This document shows positions 60,912 through 64,000 of a stretch of DNA of 64,000 nucleotides, one piece after another. Origin of the DNA: the human T2T-CHM13v2.0 reference genome, Homo sapiens; the NCBI RefSeq assembly GCF_009914755.1, contig NC_060947.1. The stretch is one strand, 5' to 3'. Within the stretch, counting starts at the first letter, position 1; the number at the start of each line of letters is the position of its first letter. The position numbers and the translations under genes were made by a program. Under the pieces are notes generated by a model. The model saw only the letters and a program-made list of their open reading frames with translations, had not been told where the DNA came from and made no database searches.

Positions 60912-64000
<3,089 letters not shown>

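Overview
This is primate (apparently human) genomic DNA, recognisable as Xp11.23, so the six-frame ORF track is almost all noise from Alus and degenerate repeats. The real coding content is the last three coding exons and 3' UTR of SUV39H1 (+; SET and post-SET domains, stop at 6049-6051, polyA signal at 7471) and the first coding exon of GLOD5 (+; 60266-60328). About 28 kb of the ~53 kb intergenic interval (9.0-37.7 kb) is an old, degenerate 39-40 bp tandem array with two sequence layers and kb-scale higher-order duplication, marked by five same-orientation MLT1 LTR pieces with homologous flanks. Three further degenerate arrays are present: 37-39 bp in a SUV39H1 intron, 10 bp just 3' of SUV39H1, and 32 bp at 51.8-53.5 kb. 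An orphan CpG-rich CCAAT/GC-box promoter-like island at 35.6-36.2 kb is a candidate start for a SUV39H1-antisense lncRNA. Other elements are a nested L1/U6/Alu insertion inside one 16-bp target-site duplication, an ERV-L pol remnant with its MLT2 LTR, MER41/MER67/MLT1 LTRs, DNA transposon relics, L1 fragments and dozens of Alus. All repeat-family names come from recognising sequence by eye, not from a database search, and repeat boundaries are approximate.
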